Shown piece by piece: positions 19,441 to 28,955 of a DNA stretch of 56,662 bases. Each line of letters starts with the position of its first letter. Positions within the stretch are counted from its first letter, which is position 1. The notes beneath the pieces were generated by a model. That model saw only the letters and a program-made list of their open reading frames with translations, ran no database searches and had not been told where the DNA came from. Origin of the DNA: Verrucomicrobiia bacterium (lineage in GTDB: Bacteria > Verrucomicrobiota > Verrucomicrobiia > Palsa-1439); NCBI GenBank assembly GCA_049515295.1, contig JBEKUF010000003.1:1-56662 (forward strand), in the 5' to 3' direction. The position numbers and the translations under genes are program-made.

Positions 19441-19586
19441 CCGCAGGCTTTAGCCTGTGTCCGCCTTGGCTGTAGGGCAGGCGCTCCGCCTGACGCCGCT
19501 GGTTCCGGGCAATCAAATCAGCCTTGTTTCTCGTCGGTCAAAGCTGTAAGAGACTGTTGGAGGAGCGCCTTGGCTCCGCTGTTGAT

Positions 19587-20075
19587 ATGAAGTTGACACT
19601 TGCACTCGCATTGCTCACTGCAAGTTTTGCATTTGCAGGTGAAATCGAGCACACCATCAGGTCAGTCACTAACGGAATCCGCGTCGTCGATTGGGAAACC
19701 TACACACGCAACGGCTCGACAAACCTTCTCCGTGAGACCGATATACGAAAAGGTCTAGTAGGAGCCAGAGTCCACCGAATCTATTGCGGCGGGCAACTCG
19801 CAGCCGGCATTCTATGGATGACGAATGGATACACAGTGCTGGTCGAGACTGGACTGAGTGTCCGGGTCAACACCTTCTTCAAGACGGATGGCGAACTTGA
19901 TTCGGTAATGCTAGGAACAGAAGATGGGCATGTCGTGGATCTATTCACGGCGACCAACGGAGTTCTATATCCGGCTCAAAATTCTGAGATCAAAGAGGCG
20001 AACGAGTGCTCACAACTCGCATTTGGGTTCGTCAGCACACTGACCTCGCTGACCAACACGCCCGCGAAGAAGTGA
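19587..20075 (+). CDS. secreted hypothetical protein
   Basis: Start taken at MKLTLALALLTASFAFAGE (signal peptide). Visibly lower GC than flanks. No motif recognised. Confidence 0.55.
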   Translation: MKLTLALALLTASFAFAGEIEHTIRSVTNGIRVVDWETYTRNGSTNLLRETDIRKGLVGARVHRIYCGGQLAAGILWMTNGYTVLVETGLSVRVNTFFKTDGELDSVMLGTEDGHVVDLFTATNGVLYPAQNSEIKEANECSQLAFGFVSTLTSLTNTPAKK

Positions 20076-20167
20076 TTCCGATGCACGTCGTGACTTGCCC
20101 AAGCCGCTTCACGCTGGCCGCGCGACTTTGGTGAGGCTCCATTTCGGTATTCCCCGATGGTCTAACG

Positions 20168-20833
20168 TTGTGCTACAACGCCGTCGTGCCCGTCGAATTT
20201 GATCTATTCGACTCTGCGTACAACGACGTGCTGGCCGCCTCGGGCTACGTCGAATTTCGTAAGCGTCTGACCGCCTACAACTGCCAGAAGTGTCCCCGCG
20301 GCAAGGCCCGCAATCACATCGTCATCGACCGCGGCAATCCCGAATCGAAAATCCTCATCGTCAGCGAGCGCCCCGGCGACAACGAAGACGTCATGGCGCA
20401 GGCATTCGTCGGGCGGTCGGGCGAATTGCTCGACAAAATCATGGCCAGCATCGGCCTCGACACCAACCGCGACCTGCTTATCGCCAACGTCGTGAAATGC
20501 CGGGCCGAAATCGACCGCGCCCCCAGCGCTCACGAGGTGGACGCCTGTTTCCCGTATCTGCGCCGCCAGATTGAATTGATGAAGCCGAAGGTGATCCTGC
20601 TGCTCGGCGCGGTCGCGCTGAAATATCTGGTCAAGGATCGCGGCGACGAATTCTCAATGGAACAGGAAGCCGGAAAATTCTTCACCGCTCCGGACTTTCC
20701 CGACATTCACTTCATGGTGCTGTATCACCCCGCGTTCCTCCTCCGCGACCCCACCAAGAAGACTGTCATGTGGGAGCACGTCAAGAAGTTGCGGGCGTTT
20801 CTCCAGGAACACGGTTGGATGGCGCAAAGATAA
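20168..20833 (+). CDS. uracil-DNA glycosylase, family 4
   Basis: CQKCPRG...ILIVSERPGDNEDVMAQAFVGRSGELLDKIM...ANVVKCR...LYHPAFLLR. Non-ATG start, exact start uncertain. Confidence 0.85.
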   Translation: MCYNAVVPVEFDLFDSAYNDVLAASGYVEFRKRLTAYNCQKCPRGKARNHIVIDRGNPESKILIVSERPGDNEDVMAQAFVGRSGELLDKIMASIGLDTNRDLLIANVVKCRAEIDRAPSAHEVDACFPYLRRQIELMKPKVILLLGAVALKYLVKDRGDEFSMEQEAGKFFTAPDFPDIHFMVLYHPAFLLRDPTKKTVMWEHVKKLRAFLQEHGWMAQR

Positions 20834-20871
20834 AGTTTGGCAAGCACGACGCTTGGCCTACAATCACGACC

Positions 20872-21639
20872 ATGTTGGAAACGGCCATTGAAGCGGCGAG
20901 TGAAGCCGCCAAGTTGTTGCGGAAAAATTTCGGCTCGGGGCTGAACGTCAACCAGGCCACGCAGTACGATCTCAAGCTCGAGATCGACGTGCAGTCGCAG
21001 CAACTCATCGCCCGGATTATTCTTGCGGATTATCCTGACCACTGCATCCTCGGCGAGGAGTCTTCCGCGGGAAACCCGCAGTCGGACGTGCGCTGGGTCG
21101 TCGACCCGCTCGATGGCACGGTGAATTATTTCTACGGCATCCCGCACTATGCGGTGTCCATCGCAGCGCAGGAACGGCGGGGCCCCGATCAATGGGAAAC
21201 GGTCGTGGGCGTGGTGTTGGACCCCGAACTCGATGAGTTGTTCGTGACCGAAAAAGGCAAACCGTCGATGTTGCACGGTCATCCGATCCACGTCAGCAAC
21301 CGCACCGAGCTGGCCGAAGCGATCGTCACGATCGGCTTTTTCAAGAACCTCGACGCGATGAACCGCAGCCTCCAGGATTTCACCCGCATGATTTACAAGG
21401 TGCGCAAACTGCGGTTGACCGGTTCGGCGGCGCTGGACACGGTGTACGTGGCCTGCGGACGGTTCGATGGCTACATCGAGTACAGCATTCGTCTTTGGGA
21501 CATCGCCGCGGGCCAGCTCATTCTCGAGAACGCCGGCGGCCGCGTCGAAAGCAAGCCCGCCGCCGAGCCGCATTCGTTCGACGTGCGGATGTGGAACGGG
21601 AAAATACCGATGCACGAATTGGTGTTGCCGCCCGTGTAA
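20872..21639 (+). CDS. inositol monophosphatase family protein (SuhB-like)
   Basis: ILGEES...WVVDPLDGTVNY...RLTGSAALD motifs. ATG at 20872 (MLETAIEAASEAAK). Confidence 0.85.
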   Translation: MLETAIEAASEAAKLLRKNFGSGLNVNQATQYDLKLEIDVQSQQLIARIILADYPDHCILGEESSAGNPQSDVRWVVDPLDGTVNYFYGIPHYAVSIAAQERRGPDQWETVVGVVLDPELDELFVTEKGKPSMLHGHPIHVSNRTELAEAIVTIGFFKNLDAMNRSLQDFTRMIYKVRKLRLTGSAALDTVYVACGRFDGYIEYSIRLWDIAAGQLILENAGGRVESKPAAEPHSFDVRMWNGKIPMHELVLPPV

Positions 21640-21706
21640 TCATCTTTGCCTTTGCGGATTCATCCGCTAGAGTCGCCTCCCAATTGGGTGACAGTTGGTA
21701 CACGCG

Positions 21707-23149
21707 ATGAAACGCATTCTTGTCGGCTGGTTGGCCTTGTTCGGCTTCGGCGCGATCCCGGTGTTCGCCGCCGGGTCAGGGGCGACAACCCCGGAACCCC
21801 ATCCCTTGATGGTGATCCCGTTCGTAGTGCTGCTGCTCTGCATCGCGCTGGTGCCGTTTATCCACAAGCATCATTGGGAAAAACATTACCCGAAGGTCGC
21901 AATCGGGTGTGGGCTGGTGACCGCGTTCTATTACGTCGTCGTTTTGCACAACGCCCCGCGGATGTTGATGAGCCTGATCGAGTACGCGGGGTTCATGGGG
22001 CTGATTGGTTCATTGTACGTCATCGCGGGCGGAATCCACATCAATATGACGGGGCGCTCGACGCCGGCGGTCAACACCGGCCTGCTGGCCCTCGGAGCGA
22101 TCATCGCGAATTTGATCGGCACCACCGGCGCCTCGATGCTGTTCATTCGACCGTTCCTGCGGATCAACAAACATCGCGTCGCCCCGTATCACATCGTGTT
22201 TTTCATTTTCATCGTCAGCAACATCGGTGGCGTATTGACGCCCATTGGCGATCCGCCTCTGTTTCTCGGCTATCTGAAGGGTGTGCCGTTCTTCTGGCTG
22301 ATTCAATTGCCGCAGGTGCTGTTGTCGTGGCTGCTGTGCATCGGTGTCTTACTCACATTGTTTTTCGTCATCGACTCAATCAACGTTCACCAACACCAGC
22401 CGCAGAGCGCGCCCGTTGCGAAGGATCGTATCCAACTCGAAGGATCGCATAATTTCATCTGGCTATTCTTCATCATCGGATTCGTCGTGGCGCAAAAGGC
22501 GGAATGCCTGAAAAGCGTGGAACACTGGCCGCCCGTCGTCTCGATGGGGGACCGGCTGGGTTGGAGCGCAATAAAAACGACCGAAAGCCTCACAACTCTG
22601 TTGATGGGTTTACTGATGGTGGGCACCGCGGTTTTATCCTACAGGTTCTCCAACAAGAACGCGTTACGGGAGAATGATTTTCACTTTGGCCCGATTCGGG
22701 AAGTTGGGTTTCTGTTTGTCGGCATTTTTGCCACGATGGTTCCCGCGCTGGATCTGTTGGAAACGCACGCCGCCGACTTGGGCATCGCGACGGTCGGGCA
22801 CTATTACTGGGGAACGGGATGCCTCTCCGCCATCCTCGACAATGCCCCGACGTACCTGAATTTTCTGGCGGTGGCGTTTGGGGTTCAGAATTTGTCGCTG
22901 GAGAATCCGGCCCACATGCAGGTGATGCTGGCCCACGCGGCGACAGCCAACTACATCGTGGCGATTTCTCTCGGCGCGGTGTTTTTCGGCGCCGTCACGT
23001 ATATCGGCAACGGCCCGAACTTCATGGTCAAGAGCATTGCCGAGTCCAGCGGTGTACCATGCCCGAGCTTCTTCGGGTACGTGCTGAAATACGCTTTGCC
23101 AATCCTGCTTCCGCTGTTCGCGCTCGTGTCCTGGCTGTTCCCGCGCTGA
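21707..23149 (+). CDS. polytopic permease of the ArsB/NhaD (citrate-transporter-like) superfamily, putative Na+/H+ antiporter
   Basis: About 480 aa and more than 10 hydrophobic segments. Family call is from overall resemblance only. Confidence 0.6.
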   Translation: MKRILVGWLALFGFGAIPVFAAGSGATTPEPHPLMVIPFVVLLLCIALVPFIHKHHWEKHYPKVAIGCGLVTAFYYVVVLHNAPRMLMSLIEYAGFMGLIGSLYVIAGGIHINMTGRSTPAVNTGLLALGAIIANLIGTTGASMLFIRPFLRINKHRVAPYHIVFFIFIVSNIGGVLTPIGDPPLFLGYLKGVPFFWLIQLPQVLLSWLLCIGVLLTLFFVIDSINVHQHQPQSAPVAKDRIQLEGSHNFIWLFFIIGFVVAQKAECLKSVEHWPPVVSMGDRLGWSAIKTTESLTTLLMGLLMVGTAVLSYRFSNKNALRENDFHFGPIREVGFLFVGIFATMVPALDLLETHAADLGIATVGHYYWGTGCLSAILDNAPTYLNFLAVAFGVQNLSLENPAHMQVMLAHAATANYIVAISLGAVFFGAVTYIGNGPNFMVKSIAESSGVPCPSFFGYVLKYALPILLPLFALVSWLFPR

Positions 23150-23177
23150 GGAGCGGCCGTCGCGTCAACGTCAGCGG

Positions 23178-24425
23178 CTATCTCGCCACGACCGGCTCGG
23201 ACTCTACTTCGTCGATGCCGCCGTTGCGAATGGCCGGGGGTTGGGGCAACCGATTCGCTCCGCTCCCGCTTCCGTATTCATCGGCGGCGCTGGCCGCACT
23301 TGGATTTTCAGCCGCTTGGAGCAACTCTTCCTCCGTCCACGGCGTGCCTCGGGGGGAACGACAGTTCGGGAGAGCGCCCATCCGCTTCAGCAACTCATCC
23401 TTGGCGGCGGCTTTCTGATACCCCTCGGCTGGCTCGATAATGCCCTTCGATAACAATTCCAACAGCGAATCGTTGAGCGAGCACATGCCTTCTTTGCGGC
23501 CCATTTGGATGAAGCTGGGGATCTGCTGCAGTTTGCCTTCGCGAATGTTCGCGGCAAGGGCGTAGTTGCTCATCATAATCTCCAGCGCCGCCACGCGGCC
23601 GCCACCCTTCTTCTTGCACAACGCCTGGGAAACGACCCCGCGCAACCCCTCGGCGAGACTGCAACGAACCTGCGGTTGTTCATCCGCTGGAAACTGGTTG
23701 ATTAACCGATCAACTGTCGTGTGCGCGCTATTGGTATGCAAGGTGCCAAAAACCAAATGCCCCGTCTCGGCTGTTTCCAACGCAATGCGCACCGTTTCCA
23801 GGTCGCGCATTTCGCCCACCAGAACGATATCGGGATCTTCACGGAGCGCCGCCCGCAACGCACGCTTGAAGCTGTCCGTATGGGAATGAACCTCGCGCTG
23901 GTTGATGAGACACTTCTTGTTGGTGTGCACGAACTCGATGGGGTCTTCAATCGTAATGATGTGGTTCGAGCGATGTTCGTTGATGAAATCGATAATCGCG
24001 GCCAGCGTGGTCGATTTGCCGTTGCCGGTTGGACCGGTAACCAGTACCATGCCCTTCTGCAGGAAACACAACTTCTTGATCGAGTCGGGTAATCCCAATT
24101 CCTCGAAGCTGAGTATCCTCGACGGAATCAGACGAAAGACGGCTCCGATGCCGTTGCTGTCGGCAAAGACATTGCCGCGGTAACGGCCCGCCCCTTCAAG
24201 GTCATAGGCGAAATCTGTGTCGTGCGTCTGCTCCCATTCCAGCCGGTTGCGCTCGGGAATGATCTCATAAATGAGCTTCTCGACCGCGTCAGCCGTGAGA
24301 ATCTCCCTGCCGACGACGGTAATCGTCCCCGCGATGCGGAAGGTCGGGCGATTCCCGCTGGATAGATGAAAGTCCGAAGCCCCTTGGGCCACCATGGCTC
24401 GGAAGTACTGGTCTAATGCAGGCAT
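23178..24425 (-). CDS. pilT: type IV pilus retraction ATPase PilT-like, with ~50-aa C-terminal extension
   Basis: MPALDQYFRAMVAQGASDFHL..., Walker A GPTGNGKSTT, ITIEDPIEFVH, REDPDIVLVGEMRDLETV, GHLVFGTLHTNSA. The track ORF (to 25163) runs far upstream into non-homologous sequence. Alternative ATG at 24533. Confidence 0.88.
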   Translation of the reverse strand: MPALDQYFRAMVAQGASDFHLSSGNRPTFRIAGTITVVGREILTADAVEKLIYEIIPERNRLEWEQTHDTDFAYDLEGAGRYRGNVFADSNGIGAVFRLIPSRILSFEELGLPDSIKKLCFLQKGMVLVTGPTGNGKSTTLAAIIDFINEHRSNHIITIEDPIEFVHTNKKCLINQREVHSHTDSFKRALRAALREDPDIVLVGEMRDLETVRIALETAETGHLVFGTLHTNSAHTTVDRLINQFPADEQPQVRCSLAEGLRGVVSQALCKKKGGGRVAALEIMMSNYALAANIREGKLQQIPSFIQMGRKEGMCSLNDSLLELLSKGIIEPAEGYQKAAAKDELLKRMGALPNCRSPRGTPWTEEELLQAAENPSAASAADEYGSGSGANRLPQPPAIRNGGIDEVESEPVVAR

Positions 24426-24557
24426 GAATTCTCCAGGAGCAGGGCCAATGCCATGAATGCTTAGGCTAAACTCATCTTTCTCGGGAACATAGGCCTCAGA
24501 CTGCTTGTCATACCAGGCGAGCGGTGCTAGCATGCGCGAGCACTTGGAGATCGGGCG

Positions 24558-25409
24558 ATGTATAAAGAATTTTACGGACTGCGCGAATATCCGTTCAATA
24601 TGACGCCGGATCCGCAGTTCCTCTTTCTGAGCCGCCATCATCGTGTCGCCCTCGATGTGTTGTTGTACGGTATCAGCGAACGGAAAGGGTTCATCGCCAT
24701 CACCGGCGAGGTCGGCGCGGGAAAAACCACACTCTGCCGCGCCCTGTTGAATTCGCTCGATGCCCGGACGAAGACCGCGCTGATTCTCAATCCGTCCCTG
24801 TCCGACTCCCAGATTTTGCGGGCGATCACCGAGGAGTTTCGCCTGCAACCCGCCAAGACCACCAAGAAAGACCTGTACGACACGATCAACGCGTTCCTGT
24901 TGCGCGAGTTGGCGGCAAACCACAACGTCGCGCTGATCATTGATGAAGCCCAGAACCTCAAGCCGAGCGTGCTCGAGCAAATCCGCTTGCTCTCCAACCT
25001 CGAAACCGAGAAGGAAAAGTTGCTCCAGATCGTGCTCGTGGGGCAGCCGGAATTGGCCGAGATACTCGACCGCGAAAGTTTGCGCCAGCTCAAGCAACGC
25101 ATTTCCTTGCGGTATCACGTCGCGTCGCTCGAGCCCGGGGAAGTCGGCGAGTACATCGAGCACCGCTTACGGGTCGCGGGTGGCGACGGGCGCATCCAAT
25201 GGGCGCCGGAAGCGTTGACCTTCATCTATTCCTATTCGCGGGGCATTCCCCGCCTGATCAACGTGCTCTGCGACAAGGCGCTGTTGGCCGGCTACATTGC
25301 CGAAACGTTTGTCATTGACGCGACCAACATCCGACGCGCCATCGAGGACACCGAATGCCGGCTTCCCGCCAGGGCCACGGAACCCACGTCGGAGGTCCTC
25401 GCCGGATGA
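24558..25409 (+). CDS. ExeA/GspA/MshM-like AAA ATPase
   Basis: FYGLREYPFNMTPDPQFLF...ITGEVGAGKTTLCRALL...ALIIDEAQNL...QIVLVGQPEL. Confidence 0.8.
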   Translation: MYKEFYGLREYPFNMTPDPQFLFLSRHHRVALDVLLYGISERKGFIAITGEVGAGKTTLCRALLNSLDARTKTALILNPSLSDSQILRAITEEFRLQPAKTTKKDLYDTINAFLLRELAANHNVALIIDEAQNLKPSVLEQIRLLSNLETEKEKLLQIVLVGQPELAEILDRESLRQLKQRISLRYHVASLEPGEVGEYIEHRLRVAGGDGRIQWAPEALTFIYSYSRGIPRLINVLCDKALLAGYIAETFVIDATNIRRAIEDTECRLPARATEPTSEVLAG

Positions 25410-26074
25410 GCCTGGTTCACGAGGCCCTTCGCAAAGCCGAGCGGGAAAAGCAACGCAAGGTCGGCACCGTGCCGGCCGCGCCGGCGCAACCCCATCATCC
25501 CCCGCAACCGGAACCGGATCAGCTTCACGAGCCGGTGCTTCATACGCCTGTCGCGGCGGCACCGGTCGCCCCGGCAACACAAGAAGCGGCTTCTCATCCG
25601 CCATCGCCAACGACGGACCGGCCGCGGGAGGTAAGCCACTTCCTGCTGCCGACGCTGATTGGTTGCGTGGCCATCGTCGCCATCCTTGCCATCGTATTTC
25701 TCGTGAGCAACGCTTCCTCGGTTCTTCGTCAAACGAAACCGAATGCGCCGGCTGCCGTGCCGGTGGCTTCAGGTCCCGTTGCCCAATCAACCGTGCCGGT
25801 CACCCCACCCGCGGCCACGCAACCAGTTGCGCAGCCGAAAGTCGACCCGGCGCCAACACCGAATGCCCCGCCACCGGCAGCGCCGCCCATCGACGAATCG
25901 AAATACAAAATCAGCGGCATCATGAAGGATCCCGACGGCAAATCCGTGGCCGTCATCAACGGCCGCGTCGCCTACGAAGGCTATTACATCGACGGCGCCA
26001 CCGTGGAGAAAATCGAAACCGACCGCGTGACGATCGACGTCAAAGGCCAGAAGGCGTTGCTCCGACTGCATTAG
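25406..26074 (+). CDS. GspB/ExeB-like protein (Pro-rich linker, TM, T2SS-B-like C-domain)
   Basis: The ATG overlaps the exeA-like stop (ATGA). The start is MSLVHEALRKAEREKQ. The C-terminus (YKISGIMKDPDGKSVAVINGRVAYEGYYIDGATVEKIETDRVTIDV) resembles GspB. Confidence 0.55.
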   Translation: MSLVHEALRKAEREKQRKVGTVPAAPAQPHHPPQPEPDQLHEPVLHTPVAAAPVAPATQEAASHPPSPTTDRPREVSHFLLPTLIGCVAIVAILAIVFLVSNASSVLRQTKPNAPAAVPVASGPVAQSTVPVTPPAATQPVAQPKVDPAPTPNAPPPAAPPIDESKYKISGIMKDPDGKSVAVINGRVAYEGYYIDGATVEKIETDRVTIDVKGQKALLRLH

Positions 26075-26092
26075 GCCGGGGACGACCGCTGC

Positions 26093-26548
26093 TCAACCCC
26101 GTTTCCGCCCATCCCGTAGCGCGCGGTCGATCTCCCGTTCGGCCGTCTTGCGTTTCAGCGTTTCGCGCTTGTCGATCTCGCCCTTGCCTTTGCCCAGGCC
26201 GAGCAGGACCTTGGCGAAGCTCTTGGTGAAATAAATCTTCAGCGGAACCAGCGCCATGCCCTTGGTGTTGAGCTGGCCGGCAAGCCGGTCGATCTCCTTG
26301 CGGTGCAGCAACAGCCGGCGCGGGCGGAGCGGATCGACGTTGTAACGGTTGCCGAACTCGTAGGGATTGATATGCGCGTTGTACAGCCAGCACTGGCCAC
26401 GTTCGACGCGCGCGAACGCTTCGTCAATCGAGGCGCGCGCGTTGCGCAGGGACTTGACCTCCGTGCCTTTCAGTTCGATGCCCGCCTCGTACGTCTCCGT
26501 GATGAGATAATCGCGACGGGCTTTGTGGTTGTGAATCGTCGGGACCAT
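26093..26548 (-). CDS. smpB: SsrA-binding protein
   Basis: NHKARRDYLITETYEAGIELKGTEVKSLR...NAHINPYEFGNRYNVDPLRPRRLLLHRKEI. Confidence 0.93.
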   Translation of the reverse strand: MVPTIHNHKARRDYLITETYEAGIELKGTEVKSLRNARASIDEAFARVERGQCWLYNAHINPYEFGNRYNVDPLRPRRLLLHRKEIDRLAGQLNTKGMALVPLKIYFTKSFAKVLLGLGKGKGEIDKRETLKRKTAEREIDRALRDGRKRG

Positions 26549-26604
26549 CCACAGCCAGTATATTGGCCGCGCCGACCCAATCCCAACCCAAAAACGCGCG
26601 TCCG

Positions 26605-26892
26605 CTACTCGGTCGGACTGGGCGCAGGCGCTTCGGGCACGGCCTCGCCTTCGCCGGCGAGTTCGTACGTGAGCTTGCCCTCGCTGATTTCTTTCAGTGC
26701 GATTTCGGAGAAATCCATCCGCGCATCGGTCTGCGTAATCGGGCGATGGCCTTGGGCAAGCTGACGGACGCGCCTTGACACCAGGTTGACAAGCAACTCG
26801 GGGTTGGGAACACGTTGCTGCGCAGGCTCCAGATATTTACTCTTCATCCGTAAAGGAATCGCAACTCTAGGGGAAACCGTTTCCATCGACAA
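26605..26892 (-). CDS. rpoZ: DNA-directed RNA polymerase subunit omega
   Basis: YLEPAQQRVPNPELLVNLVSRRVRQLAQG core, typical RpoZ length and motif. Confidence 0.8.
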   Translation of the reverse strand: MSMETVSPRVAIPLRMKSKYLEPAQQRVPNPELLVNLVSRRVRQLAQGHRPITQTDARMDFSEIALKEISEGKLTYELAGEGEAVPEAPAPSPTE

Positions 26893-27448
26893 GCCTTATT
26901 TTAAGTGAGCCGCGACTGTATGGCAAACCGCCCGTAACGACAAGCCCCAATTTTCGCCACCCGCCCCAAGTCGCTGTCATTCTGAGCGAAGCGAAATCGC
27001 CGCGAGCCGTCTATCGTGCGACGGCAAATCTCTGTCGTTGCTCCCGCCACACCCGCCGCCGACTCGGCGTCCTTCCCAAGACCTTGTCATTCTGAGCGAA
27101 GCGAAAGCCGAGTCCGACGGAGCCGAGTCTTCGAGACGCGACCATGCCGTGCCGAGGTCGCAAACGCGCCAAAGGTGTGCCGCTGGCGCAACCATCGCAG
27201 TTGTTGTCCCCGTCTACGTAGTGCGACGCGTGGAACAAAAAGCCCGCACCGACCGTTTACCCTGTTTACCCTGAGTCCGTCGAAGGGAGCAGCGTCGAAG
27301 GGCCCGCGCCCTCCTCTACAAACTCCAGCACTTCCAGAAACTCGGCTACGAGATCTATCCGCCTTAGGAGGACTCGTCCGCCTGTTCGAACAACCCATTT
27401 TGACGCATTTTGGGGGTCGAACTGGCCAAAAAACCCTGCCATGCCCCC

Positions 27449-27833
27449 CCAAACTTGGGTTCGTTTTTGGCTTTGTTTTTTGGAATTTTCCACGCCGGCT
27501 TGAACAAACTTGGGTTCGTTTTCCGAAATCACGTCTTCTTGAAGCGACCATGTCGTGTCCAGGTCGCAATCCCGCCGTTAGCCCAGCCGTTTTCTTCCCC
27601 AGCGTCATCCTGAGCCTGTCGAAGGACCCCTCATCAGCCATCCCCCATTGACCATCTTTCACTATCCCCTATGTCAAAGAACGACGTGTGGCGACCCTAC
27701 CACGAATGCCCCACCGCGTCCAGCAAAAACTATCACTTACCGATAATCGATTTACCCATTCCGCCAAAGGTTGTCATCCTGAGCTTGCCTGCCCTGAGCG
27801 CAGTCGAAGGGTCGAAGGATCTCTGTCGTTTCC
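27449..27833 (+). repeat. composite intergenic repeat, copy B (inverted partner of 6797-7097)
   Basis: See copy A. It contains the mini-ORF MSKNDVWRPYHECPTASSKNYHLPI; copy A reads MSKNDLWRPYHECPTPSSKKYHLPI. Confidence 0.8.
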
Positions 27834-28494
27834 GCCAATTCTCCTCGCCCCTTGAGGGGAATCGAGTCGGACGAGAAGCCGCTGGTTGTGCCGAGGCGGC
27901 AAAGGATTAAGGTGAGGGGACAGCCTCCCGCTCGATCGCTCGCGCGCCTCTGGCGGGTTGCCGTCGTGCAGCTTGTGTCGTTGTAGGCCCCGCGCCCTCC
28001 GCGTCGTTGTGGCTGCGCTTGTGTAAGCCGAGTCCGACGAGACGCGGCCAATCCTTGCCTCGGCCGCAACCGTAGCCCGTGTAGCGTCCGCTGTCCACAG
28101 CGGAATTCCCCCGGATCTACCGCCTTCTGAATTCTGGCTCCTGACTCCCCGCCCCGTCCCGCTGAATGCGCCCCGCATTCACCCTGAGCTCCGCGAAGGG
28201 CCAACCCGCCGACACGCCTCAATTCCGGTGTAGCGTCCGTTCTCCCGAGCGGAAAGCCTGATGCGTGCTGTCGTGTCGGCCCGCCTCAGGCGTGGCTCTG
28301 TCGCCGTGCGGTCGCCCCGCCCCGTCCCGCTGAATGCGCCCCGCATTCACCCTGAGCTTTATCCGCCGCAGGAGGACCGTCGAAGGGAGCAGCGTCGAAG
28401 GGCTTGTCCTGAACCCTGCGAAGGGCTTGTCCTGTTTACCCTGAGTCCGGTCGAAGGGAGTTCCGCGAAGGGCTTGCCCTGTTTACCCTGAGTC

Positions 28495-28681
28495 CGTCGA
28501 AGGGAGCGAAGTCGAAGCTTTACCCGCCACTGGCGGGCTTGCCCGCCTCCGGCGGGGATCTCTCCCGCCAACCCGTTTATCCTGAGCCCGCGAAGGGCTT
28601 ATCCTGAGCGAAGCCGAAGGGCCGACAAACTCAAGCGATCCAGAGAATGAAATCCACCGTTTACAGAGTCGACCCCAATCG
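28495..28681 (+). repeat. direct repeat, left copy, flanking the beta-propeller gene
   Basis: 28495-28600 aligns base for base with 30595-30700 (offset exactly 2100 nt, about 5 mismatches). 28601-28681 aligns with 30772-30850. Confidence 0.85.
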
Positions 28682-28955
28682 TTGATTGCTAAGCGCGTTC
28701 CGTCTGGAGGGCGAGCCTCCCGGCGAGCCGCACCTGCCCCCCGCCGCCAGGCATTTCAGAATTGACAAACCTCCAAATTTACAGCATAAAACTTGCGGAG
28801 AAGCTACTTCGCCCGATGGGCGGCTCATGCCGCAGTCTTGGAAAGCGAGCGCGTGTGGGACAGGTTATCGTGGTGGCCAAAGGAAGAAACCTATAGGATA
28901 GGTACTAACCACAAACCAATCCGCATGGCTGTGAGCGCGAAGTGAGGAGCGCCAG

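Larger units (their letters stand above)
26960..28690. repeat. dense field of short REP-like intergenic repeat units (no convincing gene)
   Basis: Units seen repeatedly: tgtcattctgagcgaagcgaaa (26975, 27084), gcgaccatgYcgtgYcSaggtcgcaa hairpin (27138, 27545), YtgtttaccctgagtccgtcgaagggagcRRcgtcgaaggg (27256, 28432, 28473), ccccgccccgtcccgctgaatgcgccccgcattcaccctgagc (28147, 28316). Confidence 0.85.

Noticed and set aside
26549-26604. tmRNA (ssrA) next to smpB
   Set aside because: I looked for the tRNA-like 3' end (GGTTCGA.TCC...CCACCA) and a tag-reading frame around smpB and found none. The flanking gaps are only 18 and 56 nt.
28380-28620. CRISPR-like appearance of the repeated ...tttaccctgagtccgtcgaagggagc... 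units (also 30450-30790)
   Set aside because: The units abut each other or are separated by other repeat units rather than by unique spacers of constant length. The unit sequence and spacing vary, and no cas genes are present. This is a REP-like repeat field, not a CRISPR array.
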